Shown: positions 40,990-51,839, counted from the stretch's first letter. The stretch: 64,000 nt of DNA from Candidatus Latescibacterota bacterium (GCA_965208835.1 OZ242358.1:2976001-3040000), one strand, 5' to 3'. Made by a program: numbers and translations. The notes: generated by a model from the letters alone, not told the origin.

Positions 40990-41105
40990 GTATGCCTCTC
41001 TTCCAGTCGTGGGACCAGTACAATGCTTCGTTCGGTCAATCATGGCGAGGGGAAGACATCCGTCAGTCGGATACGGCGAAATATCGCCCCGGAGAGAGAC
41101 CCGCC

Positions 41106-42887
41106 CTACCTCTCGATTCCGGCCGGCTCCTCTTCCAGTTCATGCTGCGCCTTACGCGGACCCTGCATTCGGGTCAGGGCGCCGTGCAGATATTCCCGAA
41201 TGGCGCCGCGCGTGGGCAGGGCGAGCGCCTCTTCCGCCACAGCCCTCGCCTCTTCCATGGTAACCGACCGGATGGCCTGTTTGATCTCGGGAACCATACG
41301 CGGGCCGGCGCTGAACCCATCCACACCGAGACCCATCAGGAGGACACAACTGTGCGGGTCGCCGGCCATCTCCCCGCATACCGTGACCGGGATGTCGTGG
41401 CGGTGCCCGGCGTCCACGACCGATTTGATCAGACGCAAGACGGCGGGATGATACGGATCGTACAGGTACGCCACCCGTTCGTTCCCTCGATCCACCGCGA
41501 GGGTGTATTGGACAAGATCGTTGGTCCCGATACTGAAGAAATCCACCTCGCGCGCAAGCTGATCGGCCACGACTGCGGCCGACGGCACCTCGATGACCGC
41601 GCCGACCTCGCAGTCCTCGTCGAACGGCACACCGGACCGTTTCAGTTCGTCGCGGGCCTCGGCGAACACGGACCTGGCCTCGAGCAGTTCCTCAACGCCC
41701 GATATCATCGGGAACATCAGCTTCACGTTGCCGTGCGCGCTGGACCGGAGGATGGATCTCAATTGAACCCGGAACAGGTCTCTGTTCGCGAGAGAATGCC
41801 GGATGGCGCGCCAGCCCAGAAACGGGTTGGTCTCTTCAGCGGCATGCGATGCCTGCGCCAGCTTGTCGCCGCCCAGGTCCAGCGTGCGTACCACCAGCGG
41901 ATGAGGCGCCATCTGTTCGGCAAGACGGGTGTACGCAGCCGTCTGTTCGCTTTCTCCCGGCAGGCTGGATCCCGCAAGGTAGAGGTATTCGGTACGGTAC
42001 AGACCGATGCCCTCCGCACCGTATGCCAGGGCAGCCCCCCCCTCTTCCGGCAATTCGATGTTGCCCTGCAGGCACACCCGAACGCCGTCGAGGGTTTCGG
42101 CCGGCACGTCGGTAAACCTTTGCAGGCCCTTCTGTAACTCGGTGAACCGGCGAGCTTCGGCACGGTATCGGCTCAGCGTGTCCGGGTCGGGCCGGATACA
42201 GACCAGCCCCCGGTTCCCGTCCACAATGGCCGTGTCCCCGGGCTCAGCTGACGCCAGGGCCGCCTCGACGCCCACAACCGCCGGGATTTCGAGCCCCCGC
42301 GCGATAATCGACGCATGCGAAGTCGCCGCGCCCGCTTCGGTAACCATGCCCAGCACGCTGTCCCGCTTCAGGCGCGCCGCATTGGAGGGGGTCAACTCGT
42401 GCGCGATCACGATCGCCGGGGCGGTCATCCGATCAAGCAGCGAGTCCTCCCGCTGGCACAATCTGGACAGCACACGCCTCTCCACGTCCAGGATATCCGC
42501 GCGCCTCGCCCTGAAATAGTCGTCCTGGATTGCGTCGAATTGACGACGCACCTTCTGCAGGGTCAGCCAGAACGCATACTCCACGTTCACCCGATCCTTC
42601 CGGATCGATGCCATGGTAGGCGCTCGCAGGGCTTCGTCGTCCAGAATCATCAGATGTGCGTCGAAAATCTGCGCGTGGTCGGGACCCAGCTTCTCCTCGA
42701 CACGAGCCCGCGTGGCCTTCAGGTCTTCGGCTACCGAGGCCAGCGCATCCAGAAACCTCTGTACCTCGCCTTCGACTTCATCTTCCCCGATGCGCCGGTA
42801 GTCGACCCATGGCTCCTCCGGGTCGTGAAGATAAACCGGACCGATGACGATGCCATTCGATGCCTGGATGCCCTTCAGTACCTTCAT
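41106..42887 (-). CDS. ptsI: PEP-protein phosphotransferase (PTS enzyme I)
   Basis: 'TSHASIIAR' phospho-His, 'GIGLYRTE', '[10 protein letters not shown]', '[10 protein letters not shown]', 'CGEMAG'. Confidence 0.96.
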   Translation of the reverse strand: MKVLKGIQASNGIVIGPVYLHDPEEPWVDYRRIGEDEVEGEVQRFLDALASVAEDLKATRARVEEKLGPDHAQIFDAHLMILDDEALRAPTMASIRKDRVNVEYAFWLTLQKVRRQFDAIQDDYFRARRADILDVERRVLSRLCQREDSLLDRMTAPAIVIAHELTPSNAARLKRDSVLGMVTEAGAATSHASIIARGLEIPAVVGVEAALASAEPGDTAIVDGNRGLVCIRPDPDTLSRYRAEARRFTELQKGLQRFTDVPAETLDGVRVCLQGNIELPEEGGAALAYGAEGIGLYRTEYLYLAGSSLPGESEQTAAYTRLAEQMAPHPLVVRTLDLGGDKLAQASHAAEETNPFLGWRAIRHSLANRDLFRVQLRSILRSSAHGNVKLMFPMISGVEELLEARSVFAEARDELKRSGVPFDEDCEVGAVIEVPSAAVVADQLAREVDFFSIGTNDLVQYTLAVDRGNERVAYLYDPYHPAVLRLIKSVVDAGHRHDIPVTVCGEMAGDPHSCVLLMGLGVDGFSAGPRMVPEIKQAIRSVTMEEARAVAEEALALPTRGAIREYLHGALTRMQGPRKAQHELEEEPAGIER

Positions 42888-42983
42888 CGGTTTGAGACCT
42901 CACACACGAGAAACGGCGACGGTCTGGAATTCCGGATCCATCGGGCGCGTTCAGTTTCCGCAGCGACGCGTCCAAGTGCCGGT

Positions 42984-43244
42984 TCAGTCGAACTCGCCTT
43001 CAATCATCCGCACGATTTCGTCCAATGCTTCCTCTTCATCCGGTCCCACGGCCCGGACACGAACTTTCGCATCCGTCTCCGCCGCGAGCATCATAACGCC
43101 CATGATACTCTTGCCGTTGACTTCGAGTCCGTCCTTGATCAGGGTAATCTCAGATACATACTTTGCGGCCGCCTGCACAAGAAGGGCCGACGGCCGCGCA
43201 TGGATACCCAACCTGTTTTTCACCGTGGCTTCTCGTTCCGCCAT
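42984..43244 (-). CDS. ptsH: Phosphocarrier protein HPr
   Basis: 'GIHARPSA' (His15) and 'NGKSIMGVMML' (Ser46). Confidence 0.95.
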   Translation of the reverse strand: MAEREATVKNRLGIHARPSALLVQAAAKYVSEITLIKDGLEVNGKSIMGVMMLAAETDAKVRVRAVGPDEEEALDEIVRMIEGEFD

Positions 43245-43442
43245 AACCTGTTCGTGCCGTTATGTAAGCCCATGTCGGAAGCTAACAATCTATCTAAATC
43301 CGGCCAACCTGTCAAGCGCCGCCGGGCTATTCCATGTGCGCCTGCTTCCCCTCCGCCCGCCCTCTTCCAACACCTGCGGAAACAAAAACCGCCAGATTCC
43401 TTCCTGGCGGTTGCATTGGCCCTTTTCCCCGCAGGCAGACCC

Positions 43443-44189
43443 CTATCCGCAGTGGACGGCCCGGGCGAACTCACGGACCAGCGCCGGGTCCCGTTTTGCT
43501 TCCAGAATACTGCCGACCACAACAAAATCGGCGCCAGCGGCCACCTTCGCGCCGGCTTCCCGCGGTTCCCGGATGCCTCCCCCTGCAATCACGGGAATGG
43601 ACACATTTCCCGCAACCGACGCGATCATTTCGTCGGCAACCATCCGCTCGGCCCCGCTGCCCGCATCCAGATAGACGCATTGCATGCCAAGATACTGGGC
43701 GGCCAGTGCGTGCGCCGCCGCGATCTCCGGCTTGTCCCCGGGCATCGGTTTGGTATTGCTGATATACTCAACTGTCGTCTGCCTCCCGGAATCCACCAGC
43801 ATATACCCGGTGGAAATCGTCTCCAGACCGTATGCCTTGACAATAGGCGCCGCCTTGACCTGCTGGCCAATCAGCAGGTCCGGATTTCGCCCGCTGATCA
43901 TGCACAGAAAAAGAATCGCATCCGCCGCGGACGAGACCTGGTTCATGTCGGGACCGGGGAAAATCAGCAAGGGCAGTCCAACGGCGCGTTTGACGTCCCT
44001 GACCACGCGGTCGAAATCGGTGTAAAGCAGAAAACTGCCGCCCATCAGCAGAGCGTCGGCTCCATTTTCAGCGCACATCGCCGCCGTGTGAATCAGGTCC
44101 TGCTTGTCCATCCGGTCGGGATCCAGAAGGCACAGGAACCCCGCGCCCCGCTGTCTGACAATCGATTCAAGGTGGTCGTATGTCGACAT
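43443..44189 (-). CDS. Geranylgeranylglyceryl/heptaprenylglyceryl phosphate synthase (GGGPS, group II-like)
   Basis: 'LLDPD', 'GGS', 'FPG', 'SGRNP..LIG.Q', 'YLDAGSGA', 'GGGIR', 'VVVG'. Confidence 0.9.
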   Translation of the reverse strand: MSTYDHLESIVRQRGAGFLCLLDPDRMDKQDLIHTAAMCAENGADALLMGGSFLLYTDFDRVVRDVKRAVGLPLLIFPGPDMNQVSSAADAILFLCMISGRNPDLLIGQQVKAAPIVKAYGLETISTGYMLVDSGRQTTVEYISNTKPMPGDKPEIAAAHALAAQYLGMQCVYLDAGSGAERMVADEMIASVAGNVSIPVIAGGGIREPREAGAKVAAGADFVVVGSILEAKRDPALVREFARAVHCG

Positions 44190-44198
44190 GGATACGAT

Positions 44199-46820
44199 CT
44201 ACCCTCCCAACTGTAACCGGACGATTCGAGGGACCTGGCCAAGCGCGTCGGACATCTTTTCAGGATGCCTGCCGCCCGCCTGCGCAAGATGGGGGCGTCC
44301 GCCGCCGCCGCCACCCACCAGCTCAGCCACCGCCTTGACGATATTTCCCGCCGCCACGCCCCGCTGGATGAGGTCGTCCGTAACCACGGCGATCAGTGAG
44401 GCTTTTCCGTTCAGCGCGGCGCCCAGCACTCCCACGCCCGATCCCAGGGTTTCACGGAGCCGGTCGCCCATTTCCCGAAAGGCCTCCATGTCCGCCGGCT
44501 GCACAGCGGTAGCCACCACCCGAACCCCGTCCACGTCCACCGCGGCGCCCGCCAGGTCTCGCATCTGCTCCCCGGCCGATACGCTCCGAAGCGATTGTAC
44601 TGTACGCTCGAGTTCCTTGCTTCGGGAGATCAGACGATTGACGCGATCGGGCAGAGCACCGGCCTCCACGCTCAACATTTCCTCCAGTTCGGCAAGGGTG
44701 GACCTCTGTTTCCTGATGAGCGCCTCGACACCGGCCCCCGTGACCGCCTCCACACGCCGGACGCCGGCCGCGATTCCCGTCTCGGCCGTCAGCTCGAGCA
44801 TTCCGATCTGGCCCGTCGATCCAACGTGGGTACCTCCGCAGAGCTCGAGGCTGAAGTCTCCGATCCGCACCGTCCGCACGATATCCCCGTATTTTTCGGA
44901 AAACAGCATCCGGGCGCCCATGCGACGCGCCGCTTCGAGATCCACCATATCGGTATCCACGTCGAGGTCCCGGCGGATCTCCCGGTTTACGATACGTGCG
45001 ATCCTTTCCAGCTGTGCGGGCGTAACGGCTTCGAAGTGGTTGAAGTCGAACCGCAGCCGGTCCGGCGCGACCAGCGACCCGGCCTGATTCACATGGTTGC
45101 CGAGCACCTGTCGAAGGGCCTCGTGAAGCAGATGGGTAGCGGTGTGGTTTCGGGCGGTTTCCATCCGGCGCCCTGCGTCAACCCGCGCCTCCACGTGCAC
45201 GCCCTCCAGTGCGTCTGCGCAGCCCCGCGTCAGGCGCCCACGGTGTACGATGCCCTCGCCCGAGCGGAACGTCTCATCGACCGCCACCTCCAGATCCCCG
45301 TTTTGAATCACGCCCCGGTCGCCGACCTGCCCACCGGCTTCGGCGTAGAAAGGCGTCTCCCGAAGGTACACGTCCACCCTGCCATCCGCCGCCGCTTTGC
45401 AAGCCACGACGATCGTGTCGAGCGCCAGACGTTCGTATCCCACGAACTCGGAATGTTCCGACGGAAGGAAATCGTCGGTTACCGCCTCCTGCGACGCGAA
45501 GACTCGCCGGCCCGCCTCGCGCGACCGTTCCTGCTGGGCGGCCATCTCCGCTTCAAATCCGTCCAGGTCCACCTTCAGCCCGCGCTCCGCGCACATCAGC
45601 TGCGTGAGGTCGATTGGAAAACCGTAGGTGTCATACAGGCGAAAGGCGTCCCGTCCGGAGATTTGTCCATCCGCAGACACGACCTCGAACATCTCCAACC
45701 CCCGGTCGAGCGTCTTTCCGAACCCTTCTTCCTCAGACCGAATGACCCTGGAGATGTGATCGGCCTGTTCCGCCACCTCGGGAAACACGTCTCCCATGAC
45801 TTCCACGACAACGGGCACCAGCCCGTGAATGAACGGATCGTGCATCTCCAGCGTGCGCCCGTATCGCGCGGCCCGTCTCAAGATACGCCGCAGCACGTAC
45901 CCGCGCCCTTCGTTGGACGGCAGCACCCCGTCCGCGATCGCAAAACAGAGCGTGCGGATGTGGTCGGCGATGACCCGCATCGCGACCCGATGTTCATCGC
46001 TGCAGGGTTTTCCGGTCGCACCGCCGATCGCGCCGAGAATGGGCCGGAACAGATCGGTATCGTAAGTGGATTCCACCCCCTGGAGCACGGTACAGATGCG
46101 CTCGAACCCCATGCCGGTATCCACGTGTTTATCGGGCAGCGGATGCAGAACGCCTCCTGCATCCCTGTTGAACTGGATAAAGACCAGATTCCAGATTTCC
46201 ACCGTTTCGGGACCGTCGAGGTCCGGATCCTCGCGGAACCACGACGCGGGATCGTCCCCCAGGAAGTAGTGCACCTCGGAACACGGACCGCACGGACCGG
46301 TCTCGCCCATCTGCCAGAAATTGTCCGTCTTGTCCAGCCGAATCACCCGTTCCGCGGGAAGATCCGTCACCTCCGTCCAGAGCGCTTCCGCCTCCTCGTC
46401 CGCCGCCAGTCCGTCGGCGGCGTCACCGCCGAATACCGTGGCGCAGAGTCGGTCCCTGGGCAGCTGCCAGACCTCGGTCAACAATTCCCAGGCCCACGCG
46501 ATGGCCTCACGCTTGAAATAGTCTCCGAACGACCAGTTGCCCAGCATTTCGAAAAACGTATGGTGCTGCGCACTGAAGCCCACCTCTTCCAGGTCGTTGT
46601 GATGCCCCGATACGCGGATGCATTTCTGGGTATCCACGGCCCGGCGGTAATCCCGGCGGCCGGTGCCCAGAAACACGTCCTTGAACTGATTCATCCCCGC
46701 ATTCGTAAACAGCAGGGTGGCATCTTCCTGCGGCGCTACGGGCGCACCGGGCACGATCGTATGGCCCTTCCCTTCGAAGAAGCGAAGGTATTCCTCGCGG
46801 ATGTCGGCTGAAGTTTTCAT
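44199..46820 (-). CDS. alaS: Alanine-tRNA ligase
   Basis: 'LLFTNAGMNQFK', 'FFEMLGNWSFGDYFK', 'DTGMGFER', 'NHTATHLLH', 'ELCGGTH', 'GGGGG' C-Ala domain. Confidence 0.98.
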   Translation of the reverse strand: MKTSADIREEYLRFFEGKGHTIVPGAPVAPQEDATLLFTNAGMNQFKDVFLGTGRRDYRRAVDTQKCIRVSGHHNDLEEVGFSAQHHTFFEMLGNWSFGDYFKREAIAWAWELLTEVWQLPRDRLCATVFGGDAADGLAADEEAEALWTEVTDLPAERVIRLDKTDNFWQMGETGPCGPCSEVHYFLGDDPASWFREDPDLDGPETVEIWNLVFIQFNRDAGGVLHPLPDKHVDTGMGFERICTVLQGVESTYDTDLFRPILGAIGGATGKPCSDEHRVAMRVIADHIRTLCFAIADGVLPSNEGRGYVLRRILRRAARYGRTLEMHDPFIHGLVPVVVEVMGDVFPEVAEQADHISRVIRSEEEGFGKTLDRGLEMFEVVSADGQISGRDAFRLYDTYGFPIDLTQLMCAERGLKVDLDGFEAEMAAQQERSREAGRRVFASQEAVTDDFLPSEHSEFVGYERLALDTIVVACKAAADGRVDVYLRETPFYAEAGGQVGDRGVIQNGDLEVAVDETFRSGEGIVHRGRLTRGCADALEGVHVEARVDAGRRMETARNHTATHLLHEALRQVLGNHVNQAGSLVAPDRLRFDFNHFEAVTPAQLERIARIVNREIRRDLDVDTDMVDLEAARRMGARMLFSEKYGDIVRTVRIGDFSLELCGGTHVGSTGQIGMLELTAETGIAAGVRRVEAVTGAGVEALIRKQRSTLAELEEMLSVEAGALPDRVNRLISRSKELERTVQSLRSVSAGEQMRDLAGAAVDVDGVRVVATAVQPADMEAFREMGDRLRETLGSGVGVLGAALNGKASLIAVVTDDLIQRGVAAGNIVKAVAELVGGGGGGRPHLAQAGGRHPEKMSDALGQVPRIVRLQLGG

Positions 46821-46917
46821 GATTTGATATGTTGACAACAATGGTACGCGCGAATCGCGGCGCCCGGTTCCGTACCCGGGACCGCGCACGTTTGCGCCTC
46901 TTGCGGCCGCTCCCGGC

Positions 46918-47448
46918 TCACGAATCCGGTGCGCCGTCGTGTCCGCTCTCGCTGAATTCCATCCAGGCTCGCTCCGCTGCCGAATGCGCCACGGCCCCGA
47001 ACCCGCGTCGCCCAAGGAAACCGTACATGCGGGAGAGCGCTCTCCGCCTGTCGACGCCATCGTATTGCCGCCGGCGCGACCTCAGGAGATCCAGGGCGAC
47101 AACTTCGGGATCGACGCCCGTGAACACCTCATCCAGCACGTCCTCCGCCGTAGCTACGTCGATTCCCCTTTTTTTCAGGTCGTGAAAGAGCAACGCCCGG
47201 CCGGCGGGCCGGATTCGCATGCGTTCCTGAACAAAGCGAAGGGCGTAATCCCGATCGTCGACCAGCTTCAGCCGCCGCAACTCATCGAGGGTCTGCTCAA
47301 CTACGGACTCCCGAAATCCGCGCCGGCGAAGCCTTTCTCTCACTTGCGCGCACGAATACGCACGTGCGCTCAGGAGTCGAAATGCCGCGTTCTTCGCCCT
47401 TTCGGCGGAATTCCGGCAATCCGATTGCGAAAGGATATTCGGTTTCAT
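46918..47448 (-). CDS. recX: Regulatory protein RecX
   Basis: 'A.RLLS.R.YS...R.RL', 'L.DD..YA', 'L.KRGI', 'FL.RRGF'; directly downstream of recA. Confidence 0.88.
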   Translation of the reverse strand: MKPNILSQSDCRNSAERAKNAAFRLLSARAYSCAQVRERLRRRGFRESVVEQTLDELRRLKLVDDRDYALRFVQERMRIRPAGRALLFHDLKKRGIDVATAEDVLDEVFTGVDPEVVALDLLRSRRRQYDGVDRRRALSRMYGFLGRRGFGAVAHSAAERAWMEFSESGHDGAPDS

Positions 47449-47541
47449 CCGCGGCGCCTCGATGGGTGGAAAGTACAGCCGTCCGGCGTTCCGCTTGGCC
47501 CCGCACGGACGACTCCAACCGCGTACGCTGCCCGTTGTGCC

Positions 47542-48582
47542 TCAGGCGTTGCCGCCCGACTCCGCCGCGCCGTTATCCACCAGGCCCACGGCTTCGCGCA
47601 CCCGGGATTCGATCTCCCCCGCGAGTTCGGGTTGTTCCTTCAGATGGTTCTTGACGTTTTCCCGCCCCTGCCCCAGGCGATCGTTGCCATAGGAAAACCA
47701 GGTGCCACTTTTGCTGACAATACCGTGAAGTTCTGCGATATCCAGAAGACTGCCCTCTCTTGAGATGCCTTCTCCGAACATCAGATCGAACTCCGCCTCC
47801 TTGAACGGCGCGGCCATCTTGTTCTTGACCACCCGGACGCGGACGCGGTTGCCCGTAACTTCCTGACCCTCCTTTATGGCGCCGATTCGGCGGATGTCCA
47901 TCCGTACGGACGCATAAAATTTCAGCGCGTTTCCGCCCGAGGTCGTTTCCGGATTGCCGAACATGACACCTATTTTCATCCTGATCTGGTTGGTGAACAT
48001 CACGCACGTCTTGGACCTGCTGATCGACCCGGACAGCTTACGCAGCGCCTGTGACATCAACCGCGCCTGCAATCCCACGTGGGAATCGCCCATGTCTCCC
48101 TCGAGTTCCGCACGTGGCACAAGCGCCGCGACCGAGTCCACCACCACCACGTCGAACGCACCGCTGCGCACGAGCGTATCGGTGATTTCCAGGGCCTCTT
48201 CCCCAGTATCGGGCTGTGAAATCAGGAGGCTTTCAAGATTGACCCCGATCCGTTCCGCGAGTTCTACATTGAGCGCATGTTCCGCGTCGACAAACGCGCA
48301 CGTACCGCCGGTCTGTTGCGCTTCCGCGATAACGTGCAGGGTCAGTGTGGTTTTGCCCGATCCTTCCGGACCGTAAATCTCGACGACGCGGCCCCGCGGA
48401 ACCCCGCCCGCGCCGAGGGCGACGTCCAGCGCGAGCGCGCCGGTTGGTATCACTTCAACGGCCACCTGCCCTCCTTCTTCGCCGCCAAGCCGCATAATGG
48501 AACCCTGGCCGAACTGCTTCTCAATCTGCGAAATGGCCAGATCGATGGCCTTATCCTTGCCGGCGCCATTGGATTTTGCCAT
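47542..48582 (-). CDS. recA: Recombinase RecA
   Basis: 'GPEGSGKTT', 'DSVAALVP', '[28 protein letters not shown]'. Confidence 0.99.
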   Translation of the reverse strand: MAKSNGAGKDKAIDLAISQIEKQFGQGSIMRLGGEEGGQVAVEVIPTGALALDVALGAGGVPRGRVVEIYGPEGSGKTTLTLHVIAEAQQTGGTCAFVDAEHALNVELAERIGVNLESLLISQPDTGEEALEITDTLVRSGAFDVVVVDSVAALVPRAELEGDMGDSHVGLQARLMSQALRKLSGSISRSKTCVMFTNQIRMKIGVMFGNPETTSGGNALKFYASVRMDIRRIGAIKEGQEVTGNRVRVRVVKNKMAAPFKEAEFDLMFGEGISREGSLLDIAELHGIVSKSGTWFSYGNDRLGQGRENVKNHLKEQPELAGEIESRVREAVGLVDNGAAESGGNA

Positions 48583-48681
48583 TGCCTTGCCCCTCCTGCC
48601 TGAATTTGCCTGCTGGATCACGGCGCAGCCCGCGGCCATTGAGGAGCCCGATTCTCTGCGCCGCAACATGTGCGATCATCA

Positions 48682-48710
48682 AATATAGTGAACATTTGTG
48701 TAGGAATCAA
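48682..48710 (-). promoter_or_regulatory. recA sigma70-like promoter with a possible LexA site in the spacer
   Basis: Minus strand TTGATT-17 nt-TATATT; spacer contains ACAC-AAAT-GTTC. Confidence 0.45.
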
Positions 48711-48852
48711 TACTGTATTCTGAGTGAGCTGCAGCAAGAACAACCAGGGCGGGCATGCAGATCGGAATTATAATATATCCGCAGTCCAACGGGAAGTCAA
48801 GCCCTGGCCGTTCGGGAAATGCCATTCCGGGACACCTTGCCCTTCGGGTTGA

Positions 48853-49422
48853 TCAGTCCGGCCCTCGCAGCCCTGAGAGACGCGCGTGGCCCAGCGCGTT
48901 GTACACGGCGCCTCCAGTCCGTAACTCACTGCTGTACAGTGATAAACGGTCCACTCTGAAGTGCGCGGGCCGGACGGCCCCCGTCAATCCGGAAGGCAAC
49001 CGCACCGACCTGTTTCTTGTACGGGCAAGCGTCAGATGCGGATGAAACCGTCGTCCTTCTCTCTCGAACCCGATCCTGAACATGGCGTCTTCCACGTCCG
49101 CCTGCAGCCTGTCCAGGATTGCGGTCTCCCCGCCCACGTCCAGCCAGACCACCCGCGCCCGACCCGGATTGGGCGCACCCACCCCGGCCGTATGCAACGC
49201 AATCGGCGGCGTCTGTCCCGCCACCGCCCGCATCGCCTTCAGAATGACAGGCACGCACGCGACTTCGACGTTACCCAGAAACTTGAGCGTGAGATGCATG
49301 CCCTCGGGCCGTACCCATCTCAGCCGCGCCTCGAGGTCCTCAAGGAATCGTCTGGCGGCCTGGACGGCCGGGATGACGGACGCGGGAGGTTCAATGGCCA
49401 CGAATGCGCGAAGCGTCGACAT
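48853..49422 (-). CDS. thpR: RNA 2',3'-cyclic phosphodiesterase (2H family)
   Basis: 'RAFVAI', 'HLTLKFLG', 'FHPHLTLAR', 'S.L...GAVY'. Confidence 0.92.
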   Translation of the reverse strand: MSTLRAFVAIEPPASVIPAVQAARRFLEDLEARLRWVRPEGMHLTLKFLGNVEVACVPVILKAMRAVAGQTPPIALHTAGVGAPNPGRARVVWLDVGGETAILDRLQADVEDAMFRIGFEREGRRFHPHLTLARTRNRSVRLPSGLTGAVRPAHFRVDRLSLYSSELRTGGAVYNALGHARLSGLRGPD

Positions 49423-49570
49423 CAGGCGTCCCGTCCCGAGAGTTCGTCACCATTCATCCGTCGAATCATCCCGTCTCACGGCATTGCTTCTGAGGCCTGC
49501 ACCGAGCGGCCTGTCGAAGTGCCTTCACCCGGCGGCCGAATGTCGGCAAATTATCTGCCGGTACAGAACG

Positions 49571-50116
49571 CTAACCACTCCACAGGGACAGGCCCGCACG
49601 TATCAGAAGGTTTCCGTAAATCCCCGCGATCACGTCGTCCGTCACCACGCCCCACCCACGGGGCAGCTTCTCCGACGCGCGCACCGGCGGCGGCTTCAGG
49701 ATATCCAGTAAGCGGAAAATAAAAAATCCGGCAACCCCCAACCCCGGTGACAGCGGCAGGAAGGCTACCGTGACGTAAAACCCCACGAACTCGTCGATAA
49801 CAACCGGCCCGGGGTCCGGTCCCCAGGCCTTTTCACCCGCGGACGCTGTGTAGACAGCCACCCCGGAAATCACGATCAGAAACAGGATCCACGCAAGGAC
49901 TCCGAAACCCGGCGCATAGTAACTGGCCACCAGGTACGGAACCATCGCCGCTGCCGTGCCTGCCGTGCCCGGCGCAACCGGCACGTATCCGGAGAAAAAA
50001 CCGGTGGCAAGCAGCCGGGTCCACGGATTCAAGTCAGCGGCCTCCGGTCTCCTGCTCAGAAGCTGTTTTAGAATTACCAGTGAGTTCCCGAGCGCGAGCG
50101 AAAAAGCGGCGGTCAA
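49571..50116 (-). CDS. pgpA: Phosphatidylglycerophosphatase A
   Basis: 'GY.P.APGTAG', 'DPG.VVIDE..G', 'FRLLDI.KP.P', 'DDVIAG'. Start uncertain. Confidence 0.92.
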   Translation of the reverse strand: MTAAFSLALGNSLVILKQLLSRRPEAADLNPWTRLLATGFFSGYVPVAPGTAGTAAAMVPYLVASYYAPGFGVLAWILFLIVISGVAVYTASAGEKAWGPDPGPVVIDEFVGFYVTVAFLPLSPGLGVAGFFIFRLLDILKPPPVRASEKLPRGWGVVTDDVIAGIYGNLLIRAGLSLWSG

Positions 50117-50220
50117 GGCGGGAAAATCCGCCCATATTTGTCTATACGGGTGGGTTTGACCAACGCGGACCCGCGCTTTTGCAGCCGCGCGAAGACCGCT
50201 GGGAATTTTAAGACAGCTTC

Positions 50221-50871
50221 TCAGGCCGAGTCACGGCCGTGCTCCACCAGATAGAGGACGCCGGACACGACCGCCAGCAGGGTTACCGCCGCTACCAGGA
50301 CGTTCAGAACCATTTGCGAACCCGAATCCACAAGCACCAGGGGCTGGGAGGTCAGTTCAGCGGTGATCACGCGCACGTTGATGAACACAAGAATGCCGAA
50401 AGCAAGCACCAGTTGAAGCATGGTTTTCCACTTCGCCAGCCGGGAAGTGACCACCGGGCGTCCCTTGCGTATTGCGTACACGCGCAAAGACGTGATCACG
50501 GCATCCCGGATCAGCATGGCGCCCACGAGCCACGCCTCGACCATACCCAGGAGCACGAAGGAGATGAGGGCGGAAGAGACCAGCAACTTGTCGGCCAGCG
50601 GGTCCATGAACCGTCCAAGGCTGCTCACTGTTTTGTCGCGGCGCGCGAACCAGCCGTCGAAGAAGTCGGTCAGCGAGGCCACGGTGAAAACAAGCAGCGC
50701 CAGGATCTTGTTGAAACCGCTGTCCGAGAAAATCAGCGCCAGGAAGACCGGTGTGAGAACGATCCTCAGGCCGGTCAGGAAATTGGGAAACGTGACCATG
50801 CGGTCTGCGGGCTGAGGCTTGGGCAGCCGGATTCCCTGCGGACCGCCGCGGAGAGTGTCGGTACGGTTCAT
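50221..50871 (-). CDS. pgsA: CDP-diacylglycerol--glycerol-3-phosphate 3-phosphatidyltransferase
   Basis: 'PN.LT..RI', 'TD..DG..AR......LG...DP.ADK', 'KWKT..Q'. Confidence 0.92.
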   Translation of the reverse strand: MNRTDTLRGGPQGIRLPKPQPADRMVTFPNFLTGLRIVLTPVFLALIFSDSGFNKILALLVFTVASLTDFFDGWFARRDKTVSSLGRFMDPLADKLLVSSALISFVLLGMVEAWLVGAMLIRDAVITSLRVYAIRKGRPVVTSRLAKWKTMLQLVLAFGILVFINVRVITAELTSQPLVLVDSGSQMVLNVLVAAVTLLAVVSGVLYLVEHGRDSA

Positions 50872-51461
50872 AGTTCTCTGCGCCCATCCAGCGCACGGGA
50901 AAGCGTAACCTGATCGGCGAGGGCGAGGTCGCTGCCGACGGGAAGGCCCCTGGCGATCTGCGTTACGGTTACGTCGTGTGTTCCCAGGATCTGTGTGAGG
51001 TATTGCGCGGTCGCATCGCCCTCCACGGTGGGTCCGTTCGCCAGGATGACCTCCTGAATGCCACCGCCGTTCAGGCGTGCCACGAGGGATTGAATGTTCA
51101 GTTCCTCCGGCCCGATACCGTCCAGAGGGGAGATCCTTCCACCCAGAACATGATACAGCCCGCGATAGGCCTGCATGCGTTCCATTGCCAGCAGGTCGCC
51201 GACAAAATCCACCACCATCACCTGCGACCGGTCCCGCCGCTCATCCCGGCAAATCGGACATGGGTCGCTCTCCGACAGATTCGAACACGAGCCGCAGGCC
51301 CGGACCCGGGTCTTCACTTCCACCATCAGTTCGGCCAGCGCGCGCACGTCTTCGTTCTTCCAGGTCAGTACGTCCAGCGCGATTCGCCGCGCGGACTTTT
51401 CGCCGATGCCCGGCAGCCGCCCCAGCCCGGCGACCAGCCGATCGATGGCGTTGGAAGCCAT
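50868..51461 (-). CDS. recR: Recombination mediator RecR
   Basis: 'LPGIG.KSA.R', C4 zinc finger, 'YHVLGG.ISPLDGIGP', 'IARGLPVG'. Confidence 0.96.
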   Translation of the reverse strand: MASNAIDRLVAGLGRLPGIGEKSARRIALDVLTWKNEDVRALAELMVEVKTRVRACGSCSNLSESDPCPICRDERRDRSQVMVVDFVGDLLAMERMQAYRGLYHVLGGRISPLDGIGPEELNIQSLVARLNGGGIQEVILANGPTVEGDATAQYLTQILGTHDVTVTQIARGLPVGSDLALADQVTLSRALDGRREL

Positions 51462-51495
51462 CCTGACTCTCCTCGAAAGCGGATACCCCGGGCTG

Positions 51496-51819
51496 CTAAA
51501 TCCCCAGGTTGACGCCCGGCGGCAACATGCCTGACGTCGCCTTCTGCATTTCACGGTCAGCCATCTCCTGCGCCCGCTCACGGGCCTGCTGAATGGCGGC
51601 CATGATCAGATCTTCCAGCATCTCCACGTCATCGGGGTCCACCACCTCCGGATCAATCCTGATACCCACAATCTGCTGTTGTCCGTTTGCCCGCGCCACC
51701 ACCATGCCTCCTCCTGACGATCCCTCGACTTCCTTCGACGCGAGTTCTTCCTGTACTTTCGCCAGCTTGGCCTGCAGCTTTTGAGCCTGCTTCATCATTC
51801 CCGCCATGCCCTTCGCCAT
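51496..51819 (-). CDS. ybaB: YbaB/EbfC nucleoid-associated protein
   Basis: 'MKQAQK.Q', 'GGGMV', 'DVEMLEDLI.AA'; located between dnaX and recR. Confidence 0.95.
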   Translation of the reverse strand: MAKGMAGMMKQAQKLQAKLAKVQEELASKEVEGSSGGGMVVARANGQQQIVGIRIDPEVVDPDDVEMLEDLIMAAIQQARERAQEMADREMQKATSGMLPPGVNLGI

Positions 51820-51839
51820 TGCGCCCTCCCCTGGTGGAG

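Noticed and set aside
42315-46811. Long plus-strand ORFs (633 aa and 738 aa) and similar shadow ORFs elsewhere
   Set aside because: They are antisense shadows of ptsI, GGGPS and alaS, expected with high-GC codon bias, and carry no recognisable motifs.
49423-49570. Absence of cinA between pgpA and thpR
   Set aside because: The gap holds only a REP-like remnant with no cinA trace, and gene-order variation here is common.
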